DNA from: a virus
Lineage: Duplodnaviria > Caudoviricetes
Virus record (IMG/VR): IMGVR_UViG_2756170199_000004
Location: 6,382 to 70,381 of that record
Direction: 5' to 3' (one strand)
Length of the DNA: 64,000 nt
The notes beneath the pieces were generated by a model, which saw only the letters and a program-made list of their open reading frames with translations, ran no database searches and was not told the DNA's origin. A program made the position numbers and the translations under genes. Positions 38,960 to 47,338 of the stretch are shown piece by piece; the stretch's first letter is position 1; each line of letters begins with the position of its first letter.

Positions 38960-40822
38960 ATGGAGGGACCTGTGAGACCTGATCAGACAATCGAAAGAAA
39001 GTCGGTGAAAAGCCTGAAGGACCTGCGCAACCTGCTTGTACAGGAAGCGCTACCAGACAATGTCGAGCCACATTTCACCCTGAAGAATGCGATTAATGGG
39101 GAGCAGGATTGCGTCAAGGTAGCAGTCTACAAATTCCTGAGCGACTATCTGGAATATCCCGTTCAGGCCATTATCGAGTCCCTGGGCAAGCATGGATATG
39201 AACGGGAGCGGATCCGCTCCGCAGTGAACGCATTGGTCATCGAAGGCTATCTCGTAGGGCGCGGACATACCGGTCATCCAGTGCATCCGGGACCCGGCAA
39301 CGTACGGTTGCTTGAGGGCAAGACGATGCCTCATGAATCTGGTCACGCTCGCGAGACCAGGCCGTCGCATCGAGCAGCCGGACATGCGAGGCCAGATCCA
39401 GACGGCATACTCCGTCATCAGGACGGACTCGACGCGACGATCTGGAAGGCAACGCAGGATCACGTCATCCGGCCCCTCGATACGGTCGTTCAGATTGTTT
39501 GTATTGCGGGTTTCGCGCCGCACCTTGTCAAGGCGGAAATCATGCTGCTAGAACGCAAGGGCTGGTTCGATATGGATCAGGCCGGCAACGTGCTCTCATG
39601 TCGTCTCAGGGACGACGTCGCGAATCCTCATGGGTTTCACTTGAAGATTGAAGAGGAATACGAAAAAGATTTTGATCCGACCCAGGCAGCACAACCAGGC
39701 AGTCTGCTTGAAAAGGTCCAGCATGCACAGCGTGAGATGGAAGAATCGTCCCGGAAGCCCGGCGGACTGCCTGACGCGAAGACTCTCCTTGCTGATATCG
39801 GGAAGGGCCCATTCACACGGATGGAGCGCGCGTTGCTGGTGCACCGGTGGATCTGCCGGCTGGTGTCAGACGGCCGGCGGATGAGTAACAGGGAAATTTT
39901 TTGCGCGCTTGATGCGGCTGGCTTTACTTCTTCCATGAAAGGTACCGCGGGGGTGGTCGCGAAACTGCATCATGACGGCCTGCTGCAACGCGCGGAACTG
40001 GTGGCAGGCGATCCGCTGCAGGGGTATGTCTACTGGCTTGCGAATGGGGTGAATCCGATGCAGGTGCAACCCGGTGGCAAGATGTGGCGAGCCTGCAGGC
40101 AGGCGCTTGCGGATGGCGCACATCTGTCGGCCGCGCACGTGAAAGAGCGTATGGCCGCCGGGGGATGGGACATCTCTGTGACAACGGTCGAGCAGACCCT
40201 TCTCTCCTACTGGAAGGCGTCGCTTCTGTACCGGGAGACCGGAGGTGAAGGTAAGGCCTGGAGCGCGGGCCAGGAGGTTCGCTATTGGCTGGCAAGGAAC
40301 TATCCAGCGTATGCGCATGAGGATCAGGGAACCGTGGACGGTGAGCAGACACCTGCCCCTGTGCTGGAAACAGCGGTAACGCAGAAACGGGGCGCGCGAC
40401 GGGCTGATCCGCTGGCCGCGTGGTTCGCGTCTATTGACTCTTTTCCTGACTCCGCGCAGACCTCGGCAATGGAGACGCAGCCCGGAGTATCGGCCTCGCC
40501 CCGGGAACCGCGCCTCAGTCCGGTTACCGGGCCCCTCGTGATCCGTGCGACGCTGCAAGGGGTCGAGCTGACGTTGCAGGAGTGTGGTGATCTGCTACGC
40601 GAACTCAAGGAATCAGGCTTGCTCACGCTGATGCCATCAGGCACAGGTGTGATCGAGTCACACTTCACGATTCGGGGTGTCGAATTGAGCCTGATGGAAC
40701 TGCTGCAGGTCGCGGCATATCTGGAGAGCGCGGGGCGATATCTTTCTCCGCCGCCACCCTTGCCTCCGGCATATGGCAGCAGCGTCGTGCCCATCCAGCC
40801 CCAGCGGGTGAACAAGCGATGA
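38960..40822 (+). CDS. Protein with ~4 tandem winged-helix-like repeats
   Basis: Repeated helix-helix-helix-strand units ending LVIEGYL, LERKGWF, LHHDGLL, YWKASLL; duplicated C-terminal (L/I)xGVEL(T/S)LxE. Confidence 0.6.
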   Translation: MEGPVRPDQTIERKSVKSLKDLRNLLVQEALPDNVEPHFTLKNAINGEQDCVKVAVYKFLSDYLEYPVQAIIESLGKHGYERERIRSAVNALVIEGYLVGRGHTGHPVHPGPGNVRLLEGKTMPHESGHARETRPSHRAAGHARPDPDGILRHQDGLDATIWKATQDHVIRPLDTVVQIVCIAGFAPHLVKAEIMLLERKGWFDMDQAGNVLSCRLRDDVANPHGFHLKIEEEYEKDFDPTQAAQPGSLLEKVQHAQREMEESSRKPGGLPDAKTLLADIGKGPFTRMERALLVHRWICRLVSDGRRMSNREIFCALDAAGFTSSMKGTAGVVAKLHHDGLLQRAELVAGDPLQGYVYWLANGVNPMQVQPGGKMWRACRQALADGAHLSAAHVKERMAAGGWDISVTTVEQTLLSYWKASLLYRETGGEGKAWSAGQEVRYWLARNYPAYAHEDQGTVDGEQTPAPVLETAVTQKRGARRADPLAAWFASIDSFPDSAQTSAMETQPGVSASPREPRLSPVTGPLVIRATLQGVELTLQECGDLLRELKESGLLTLMPSGTGVIESHFTIRGVELSLMELLQVAAYLESAGRYLSPPPPLPPAYGSSVVPIQPQRVNKR

Positions 40823-41316
40823 TCGAGCTGATCGACGGGAGCATTTTCTATGTCGACGTCGAAGCGATAGTGAATCCGGTGAACTGCGTCGGGGTGATGG
40901 GCCGCGGGCTCGCCCTTCAGTTCAGGAAGGCGTACCCGGAAAACTTCGACGCATATGTGATCGCGTGCCAGCGTGGCGAGTTGCGCCCAGGGCATGTCTT
41001 CGTGTTCGAACGCAAACCACCGGCAAACCCTAGATACATCATCAATTTTCCCACCAAGCGTCACTGGCGCGACAGCAGCCTTATTGAAGACATCGATGCA
41101 GGTCTTGTCGACCTGGTCAATGTGATGCGCTTCCGCAACATCCTCTCCATTGCGATTCCACCGCTCGGCTGTGGTCTGGGCGGACTTGACTGGGAGCAGG
41201 TGCGCCAGCGCATAGAACATGCCATGCGACGCGCGCCACAAACGTATGTCCTGCTTTGCGTGCCAACGCAGGGAGCCAGAGAACAGAACCATGGAAAACA
41301 GAACTGTGACAAGTAA
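40819..41316 (+). CDS. Macrodomain ADP-ribosyl hydrolase (DarG/Poa1p-like)
   Basis: IVNPVNCVGVMGRGLALQFRKAYP, IINFPTKRHWR, IAIPPLGCGLGGLDW; ATGA overlap. Confidence 0.9.
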   Translation: MIELIDGSIFYVDVEAIVNPVNCVGVMGRGLALQFRKAYPENFDAYVIACQRGELRPGHVFVFERKPPANPRYIINFPTKRHWRDSSLIEDIDAGLVDLVNVMRFRNILSIAIPPLGCGLGGLDWEQVRQRIEHAMRRAPQTYVLLCVPTQGAREQNHGKQNCDK

Positions 41317-41512
41317 AGGATCGATGACTTCATCAGAGAAAATTTCGTACCTGAAAACACTGCCGCTGGAGTGTGCACTCTGGTGGTTTATCGAAAACGT
41401 CAACGAGGAGACACCGGGACGAACCCAGATCTTCTTCGCCCTGCGTGAGCGTGTGCGCAACGAGGCGCCCAAACGTCCTGCGGGCACACCGGCCCTGGCA
41501 GCCAGAGGGTAA
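41291..41512 (+). CDS. Small hypothetical protein
   Basis: Compact helical ORF right after the macrodomain; start uncertain. Confidence 0.5.
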   Translation: MENRTVTSKGSMTSSEKISYLKTLPLECALWWFIENVNEETPGRTQIFFALRERVRNEAPKRPAGTPALAARG

Positions 41513-41652
41513 TGTCGTGGCGTGTGAGGTTGCAGGATCAATCCTACCGTGCTCATCCTATAGGGCACGGCGACAGGTGCCTCTTTTCTTGATGCTGCCC
41601 GCTTTCAGAAAGGCGGGTGTGGCCAATTGATTTCCCCGAGGAGGACGCGGCG

Positions 41653-41958
41653 ATGAGCACGCCAGAGAATGGAGGTGAAACGCCTGAAACCGACCCGCCC
41701 GGTGCAGGAGCGGACGCGAGTACCGCAGGACCGACCCTCGACCAGACGGTCAGCTTCATGTCCAGCTCAACGAGTGAGCCGTTGCAGGCCTGCCTCGTGC
41801 AGATCTGGCCGGACGGTATGGTCGATCTCGTGGTCACCGACCCATCTGTACTCGATGTTTTCAAGGTGCGGCGTGTGCCGTTCGTCGCCGCGGGCAGGAC
41901 CAATACTCCCATGTATGCGGGGGACACACGATACGCACAGGCCCTCTCCGCATCCTGA
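41653..41958 (+). CDS. Small phage protein (possible SH3-like beta fold)
   Basis: GAGGA RBS; PTLDQTVSF...ACLVQIWPDGMVDLVV. Confidence 0.55.
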   Translation: MSTPENGGETPETDPPGAGADASTAGPTLDQTVSFMSSSTSEPLQACLVQIWPDGMVDLVVTDPSVLDVFKVRRVPFVAAGRTNTPMYAGDTRYAQALSAS

Positions 41959-42146
41959 AGCCTCCAGCGGAGCAAGACGTTTTCTGCCGCACGACCGCGC
42001 TTACTTCGCCACGGCGCAACCGCTCGCCGTGGCGTTTTTGCCGCCGGCATCATGCGAAGGTCGACGGATCATGTCAGCAATAAAAACTGACTGCTTCGAC
42101 AAATTCAATGGAGCGTATCTGCTTATCACACACAGGAGGTCACGCC

Positions 42147-42473
42147 GTGCGGAGCAAATCCGTCAAAGCCCGTATCAGGTTCAACAAACTACGCCATCAG
42201 GCCCGCACGAGTGGTACGGGTGGCTATCTTATCTTCTCGAACCGGATGCGCAGTGTGCTGCGGGTCTGGTGGAAGCCGGCGCCGAGCGCGACATCAGGTC
42301 GCCCGTTTGCGCAGTATCTGAAAGGCGACTACGCCACGGGGCTGATGTTTGTCTACACGGTGAGGACACGTCAGCCTGAAAAAGATCTCACCCAGAGGGA
42401 CCTGAGTGACGAGGAAACCCGCCGTTCTTTTTTCGTCCGGACGTCAGTACGTGGCCGGAGCGCTCTTCCGTAA
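42147..42473 (+). CDS. Small basic hypothetical protein
   Basis: AGGAGGT RBS before GTG 42147. Confidence 0.55.
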   Translation: MRSKSVKARIRFNKLRHQARTSGTGGYLIFSNRMRSVLRVWWKPAPSATSGRPFAQYLKGDYATGLMFVYTVRTRQPEKDLTQRDLSDEETRRSFFVRTSVRGRSALP

Positions 42474-42614
42474 CCCGCTGTACCTGAGATTCAAATTCAT
42501 CGCCGATTTGTAGATCCGGCACCTTTCGCCCACCAGATTCGCGATGCGAGTCGGGGGGCGTTTCGTTTTTAGTTACCTGGATGACGCAAGTTGCCCAATG
42601 GGAGATTTTAAAGT

Positions 42615-43298
42615 ATGCAGACCATCCGATTTTCAGCGGAAATGTTGAAGGCCGTTGCTCTCCTCGCGGGGACGAAAGACCACCGCGCTTACCTGAATGG
42701 TGTGCTTGTCGAGGCACGCAAACATGAAACGCGTCTGGTTGCCTCATGTGGCCACAAGCTGGGAATAGTGCGCATGGGCATTGAGAATGCTGTCGATCAC
42801 GACACGTCGGTAATCATCCCACTGAGCGTGTTGCGTCAGATCAAGGTTCGGGCTCGGCCCGGACTGCTTGCGATACTGGCGATCGACGGTGACAAGCACT
42901 ATCTCCAGATTCCCGAGCACGGCCTGCAATACGAATTCATACCCGTAAAGGACAAGTACGTTGATTACGCCAGAACGGTGCCTGGCGAGTTCTCGGGGAC
43001 AGCGGCCCAGTTCGATCCCCAGCACCTGATGGATTTCTCCCGGTGCGCTGCCGTCCTGACCGGCAAGCCAGTCGTTCCTCGTGTAACGCCTAACGGAGAC
43101 AAGGCGGCGCTCGTGACGATTAATGGCTACAACGATTTCGTAGGCGTTGTCATGCCCTACAAGTTCCAGGCAACGGACAAGCCTGCCGACGTCAACTGGT
43201 TCAAGAAGGTGCGCCTGTCTACGCCAGGACAGGATCATGCCAATTCATCCCCTTCAGCTCGCCGCGGAAATCGTGCGGCGCTCACCGCAACACGGTAG
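42615..43298 (+). CDS. DNA polymerase III beta sliding-clamp homologue (short, ~2 domains)
   Basis: DHRAYLNGVLVE, LVASCGHKL, IIPL, KYVDYARTVP, FDPQHLMDF, GVVMPYK match DnaN domain motifs. Confidence 0.75.
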   Translation: MQTIRFSAEMLKAVALLAGTKDHRAYLNGVLVEARKHETRLVASCGHKLGIVRMGIENAVDHDTSVIIPLSVLRQIKVRARPGLLAILAIDGDKHYLQIPEHGLQYEFIPVKDKYVDYARTVPGEFSGTAAQFDPQHLMDFSRCAAVLTGKPVVPRVTPNGDKAALVTINGYNDFVGVVMPYKFQATDKPADVNWFKKVRLSTPGQDHANSSPSARRGNRAALTATR

Positions 43299-43734
43299 GC
43301 AGCAGTCGAACCAATCGGTACAGAAGCTCGCCTACTTCTGTCACGGATGGAATCTGGCTCTGAGAGACGAGCCTATCGTTGATGAACTATTCGAAGCGTG
43401 GCGGCTCGGGCCAGTGCTCGGGCCGCTGTATCACACCTTGCGGGTGTTTTCGATCAACCCGATCCCCGCGGACCATCCTTTCATAGCACGACAGCCACAT
43501 CTGCCGGACGACAGCATTGAGGCGAAGCTGATCGAACGGGTGCTGGAGGTCTACGGAAAGTTGAGCACGGCGCGACTGTCTTCCATTTCACGCATTGATG
43601 GCGGGCCGTGGGAGATCGCCTGGCATGAATCGTCCCATGAGTGTCCGATCAGCAACGAGTCGATCCGAGCCTGGTTCGATCGCATCGCACACTTCGAATA
43701 CACGCCAGGTGAACATCTCTCAGAACACGACTGA
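43237..43734 (+). CDS. Orphan SocA/Panacea (DUF4065) antitoxin-domain protein
   Basis: QKLAYFCHGWNLA, LFEAWRLGPVLGPLY, VLEVYGKLSTARL, GGPWEIAW, ISNESIRAWF; AGGA RBS; overlaps the clamp ORF. Confidence 0.85.
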   Translation: MPIHPLQLAAEIVRRSPQHGRQQSNQSVQKLAYFCHGWNLALRDEPIVDELFEAWRLGPVLGPLYHTLRVFSINPIPADHPFIARQPHLPDDSIEAKLIERVLEVYGKLSTARLSSISRIDGGPWEIAWHESSHECPISNESIRAWFDRIAHFEYTPGEHLSEHD

Positions 43735-43781
43735 GCGAGGCTGGTGTGTCGTCTGCGCCTGGAGAGGCCACCGGGAGATCC

Positions 43782-44042
43782 ATGGAACACAAGGGGTTTG
43801 TGATGGAAATGCTTAAGCCGGTGTGTGAGACGTGTGGCGATGGGGAGCAGCTGCCGCAGTATGGCGTGGCGCCGCATGAATGCTTCTACAAGCTGGGCCT
43901 CCCAATGGGGCAATCGCAGGTGAAGCCTGCAAGCGAGTGGCCCGACAATTTCGAGCTTGATCCCGAAAGCGATGGGCAGCTTGGTATATACCACTGTCCG
44001 GCGTGTGGCCCAAAGTTTCGTGAGGGCGTTCGCATCGAATGA
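43782..44042 (+). CDS. Small Cys/His-rich (Zn-finger-like) protein
   Basis: CETC...HEC...YHCPAC; GGGAG RBS. Confidence 0.55.
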   Translation: MEHKGFVMEMLKPVCETCGDGEQLPQYGVAPHECFYKLGLPMGQSQVKPASEWPDNFELDPESDGQLGIYHCPACGPKFREGVRIE

Positions 44043-44120
44043 GTTCGCGCCCTCAGGGGCTTTTCATCAGGTAGCCTTGTTTTTTTGGAGTGGTGCCGTG
44101 CGCTTCATGGGGAGCATGCC

Positions 44121-44294
44121 ATGCCTAGCAAATCTGCCAGACAGCACCGGTTCTGGAACATCGTCTCACACAGTCCAGAGTTTGCGAAGAAGGTGGACGC
44201 GAGCAAGAAGGTTGCCGACGAGTTTCTCGAGGCGGACCGCCGCGCCCGCCGGTATCAGTCCCGGTCCAATCCTCTGGTCCCGAAGAAAAAATAG
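44121..44294 (+). CDS. Small phage protein of the MPSKS...HxPxFAKKV type
   Basis: MPSKSARQHRFWNIVSHSPEFAKKVDASKKVADEFLEAD; GGGGAG RBS. Confidence 0.7.
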   Translation: MPSKSARQHRFWNIVSHSPEFAKKVDASKKVADEFLEADRRARRYQSRSNPLVPKKK

Positions 44295-44302
44295 AAGTCG
44301 CT

Positions 44303-45328
44303 TTACCGAGCCTGTCCTCTGAACAGGGACCGGGACCGCCCCACGGAGAGCTTCAGGTAACGATCAAGGCCGGTGTAGTAACGGATTACCGATCTGAATT
44401 CGCTCATCTGTCTTATATTCCCGACCCCGGGAGCACTGTACCCTTTCATTGAACGGTTCCAGTGGAAATACACTCCCGCGCCCATCGTCACATATTCGTT
44501 CCAGTAGGATCCGATATCTTCACCCGCTGCTTCCAGATCAGTTTCGTTGTCGATGGCGAGGAAAAAAAGGCAACGATACCGGTAGCCTGTTCCGGCACTG
44601 TGCTCGAGTTTGATTGCGTATCCGATCATATCCGGAGAAAAATCGTAGACGAGATGCCGGATCAGTGCATTGCGATGTCCCTTGAGTTCCTGGAGCGAGA
44701 CATCCGGCCACCTATGCATCGGTCCAGAACCGTTGGTATAACCGAGGTCGATTCTGACGGCCGGAAGGATTTTGTACTTTTTCAGTAGCAGGGAAAAGTA
44801 GTCACGCAGACTGCGCCGATTTTGATTACTCGAATGAGCGAATCTACGGTCAGCGAGGCCAACTTGACCTTGTTCAAGGTCGAATCGGATGCCTTTCAAC
44901 GTCTGATTAGTCGCATGGATAATCCCAAGTAACCGACTATCATTGACCGCGTCAATATCGGAAAATCGGAACTGGTTCCTGATATTTTCCGCCTGCTTAA
45001 TAAATTCATTCAGGGCGGGACTCACCGCGCAATTGCAGAACACATCCTTGATCTGGAGTCCGTCAATGCCAAGCCATGTCTTGATTAGATCCGCATCTGG
45101 TGAGCTGGCAATCGTGCACCGTTCGTTTGACTGGCTAATTGCCTGATTCAGGATTACGTCGAACCCGGCCTTCATTTTTCTGCGCATCAGATGGATTGCA
45201 GAGATCTGATCCAGAATCCGGTTTTCTGCCGTTGCGTATCCGAGGTTATTTCTTGCACGTGGGTTTCCAAAGTAGGAGAAACGCTGCTGCATCCCGTATT
45301 CAACGGCATTCTGAAAAGTGAAATTCAT
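44303..45328 (-). CDS. YagK/YfjJ (inovirus Gp2-like) domain protein
   Basis: VRIDLGY, GYAIKLEH...GYRYRCLFFL, IGSYWNE...GAGVYFHWN...GVGNI; lower GC; GGGAGG RBS. Confidence 0.65.
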   Translation of the reverse strand: MNFTFQNAVEYGMQQRFSYFGNPRARNNLGYATAENRILDQISAIHLMRRKMKAGFDVILNQAISQSNERCTIASSPDADLIKTWLGIDGLQIKDVFCNCAVSPALNEFIKQAENIRNQFRFSDIDAVNDSRLLGIIHATNQTLKGIRFDLEQGQVGLADRRFAHSSNQNRRSLRDYFSLLLKKYKILPAVRIDLGYTNGSGPMHRWPDVSLQELKGHRNALIRHLVYDFSPDMIGYAIKLEHSAGTGYRYRCLFFLAIDNETDLEAAGEDIGSYWNEYVTMGAGVYFHWNRSMKGYSAPGVGNIRQMSEFRSVIRYYTGLDRYLKLSVGRSRSLFRGQAR

Positions 45329-45392
45329 AGACAGGCCTCCCGATGGGAAATGCCCCCGCAATTGTGGGGACAAAACGAAATCGCGGGTGCTC

Positions 45393-45494
45393 AAGTTAGA
45401 TCCTTTGGCAACGAGTTAGATCTACTATCCATAGATCCCGGCACTTTGGGTTAGCGCTCTGACTAATGAATTGCTTGGACAGTGGATCTAACTT
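45393..45494. repeat. AGTTAGATC repeats: two direct (20-bp period) and one inverted
   Basis: 45394-45402, 45414-45422 and reverse copy 45485-45493; 11-bp perfect inverted pair AAGTTAGATCC/GGATCTAACTT. Confidence 0.7.
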
Positions 45495-45612
45495 TTCGCC
45501 CGATCCCGTACGACAAGTATAGGTTGTATTTCGATGGCCGCGGGTAGAGAAGTTCGTCGCGCGGGGCGATAGCTATCGTTAGCATGTCCCCGATTGATGA
45601 TTCAAAAAAATC

Positions 45613-45636
45613 TCAGCCCTATATTCCGCCGGTGAG
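45613..45636 (+). promoter_or_regulatory. Putative phage early promoter, copy 4
   Basis: TCAGCCCTATAT-N7-GTGAG with A-tract upstream. Confidence 0.7.
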
Positions 45637-45700
45637 TTCAGACCAGTGAAGGAATGAATTCAACCACTCAGATACCAGACAGATATCAAGGAGCTTCAAA

Positions 45701-46099
45701 ATGGCAAATGCAATCAGCAACATTATTCAGTTCGCAGCAACGGCAGCACAGGAAAGTGGCAATATCTTCGACAGTGCTCCGGCTGAAGCCGTCGCGGGAA
45801 GTGCAGGTGGATTTATCGATACCTGCGCGGACTGGGTCAGCGAAAACCGGAATCTTGTTATCGGCGCGGGTGCGGTCGCGGCGGCTGCAGCTGGTGCCTA
45901 TTTCGCCTATCCGTGGCTTCGCGACAAATTCAGCGAAACCAAAAGCAATCAACCCCAGCCCGCTCAGGCATCGGCTCAGAAGAAGCCTGAAGCACCGGCT
46001 GAAACACCGGCCCCCACGGCCGAAGAGGTACAGGAAAACCTGCGTCGTGCAACCGAGGCGGCGCAGGATCACCTGAAGAAAGCCGGCGGCAAAAAGTAA
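45701..46099 (+). CDS. Single-TM early membrane protein
   Basis: AAGGAG RBS; LVIGAGAVAAAAAGAYFAYPWL; Pro/Ala-rich tail. Confidence 0.75.
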   Translation: MANAISNIIQFAATAAQESGNIFDSAPAEAVAGSAGGFIDTCADWVSENRNLVIGAGAVAAAAAGAYFAYPWLRDKFSETKSNQPQPAQASAQKKPEAPAETPAPTAEEVQENLRRATEAAQDHLKKAGGKK

Positions 46100-46123
46100 T
46101 CTGAAGTTCTCACGCAGTTAATC

Positions 46124-46153
46124 GGAGGGGCGCGATCGCGCCCCTCCTTATTT
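46124..46153 (+). terminator. Terminator formed by a perfect 24-bp palindrome
   Basis: GGAGGGGCGCGA|TCGCGCCCCTCC then TTATTT. Confidence 0.7.
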
Positions 46154-46182
46154 CGTCAACACGATTTAACAGGGAGTTAAAA

Positions 46183-46293
46183 ATGAATGGATTCTGGAAA
46201 GCAATGGGTCAGGCAGCCGGTCTCGCGTTTGGCTCGTATATCGGATTCCGGGTTGCGCAGGAGCTTGACCGCTATTTCACCGAAAAGCGGTAA
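46183..46293 (+). CDS. 36-aa glycine-zipper microprotein
   Basis: MNGFWKAMGQAAGLAFGSYIGFRVAQELDRYFTEKR; AGGGAG RBS; not in the ORF track. Confidence 0.65.
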   Translation: MNGFWKAMGQAAGLAFGSYIGFRVAQELDRYFTEKR

Positions 46294-46348
46294 TCGTCGA
46301 CGGCTGCGCTGACGCGTAGTCGGCGCAGTCTGGTTACAGGGGAGCGAA

Positions 46349-46729
46349 ATGCTCCCTGTTTTCGACAGGTCGAGGAAGCGAATGACAACAAATGAACCAC
46401 TGATTTATTCCTTTTACAAGGCGAAGGCAACCCAGCGTGATTTCGCGGACATGTTCTTTCCTGCTGATGCTGAAGACGCACTGGCGCAGATGCTTCGCTC
46501 GCAGGAACTTTGCGAGGCGTTCGATGCGTCAGAACAGGTGATGAAAGAGATCGCACAGGAGCTTGCACGCTTGCAAGCCGCTGCGAGTTCCCGGAAAGGC
46601 CGTCGCAGAGAGGAGCAAGCGCTGAGATACGAGCAAGCCGTGGCGCAGGCGTATGCGGATGTAGAGGGCGAAGGCTATCACCGGACCGCGGAGTTTTACC
46701 GCAGGCTCATGGTTCTGCGCAACCTCTGA
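46349..46729 (+). CDS. Hypothetical helical protein
   Basis: GGGGAG RBS; coiled-coil-like. Confidence 0.6.
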   Translation: MLPVFDRSRKRMTTNEPLIYSFYKAKATQRDFADMFFPADAEDALAQMLRSQELCEAFDASEQVMKEIAQELARLQAAASSRKGRRREEQALRYEQAVAQAYADVEGEGYHRTAEFYRRLMVLRNL

Positions 46730-46908
46730 TCATGAGGTGCCCATTCTCCAGGTGGTACACCGGCCCTCCAGGAAGCCGGCAAAAGCGGAAGGGGCTCGCC
46801 CCTTCCGCGATGTCGTCCATTTGCGGTCGGTGCAGCTTTTCTTTTTTTGTACCTGTGAGCACGCCTGACTCCTGCGAATCGTTTGAACGATTCCCGGGGG
46901 AGACGGTC

Positions 46909-47229
46909 GTGGAAGAGAAAAAACACGGGTTTGTGGCAAGAGTCTGCGAAGACCTCTTTTGTAGCTGGAATGGCGACGTCGACCCGGCGCGATTTTTCGG
47001 CTACGGCTTCGTGATGCTGGGTGGTCTGGTTTTCATCATCCTGTCGATCTACGACACAGTCAAGCATCAGACCTTCAACAGCCTTGCATTCTCGGGTGGG
47101 CTTGTCGCGATCGCGGGTTCGGTAACTGCAGCGGCTGCCGGGGTCAAGATCAAGGAATCCTCGGAAATTCCCATGCCAGTCGAGGACGAGGAAGAAGTAG
47201 ACGTGAAGGTCGAAGGTCAGGCGAGCTGA
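46909..47229 (+). CDS. Two-TM membrane protein, holin-like candidate
   Basis: GGGGAG RBS + GTG; TM1 FFGYGFVMLGGLVFIILSIY, TM2 LAFSGGLVAIAGSVTAAAAGV, acidic tail. Confidence 0.5.
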   Translation: MEEKKHGFVARVCEDLFCSWNGDVDPARFFGYGFVMLGGLVFIILSIYDTVKHQTFNSLAFSGGLVAIAGSVTAAAAGVKIKESSEIPMPVEDEEEVDVKVEGQAS

Positions 47230-47338
47230 AACACCCGTGCCCTGCCCTGCTCCGTCATCGATCCCACTACCTCCTGCCCTGACATCGTGCACCAGCATGC
47301 AGCGGCGCTCAGGGATGCGCGTTGCAACCCAGAATCAT

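Noticed and set aside
42071-42473. Possible programmed frameshift joining ORFs 42071-42379 and 42108-42473
   Set aside because: A strong AGGAGGT RBS with GTG at 42147 explains the second frame; no slippery site seen
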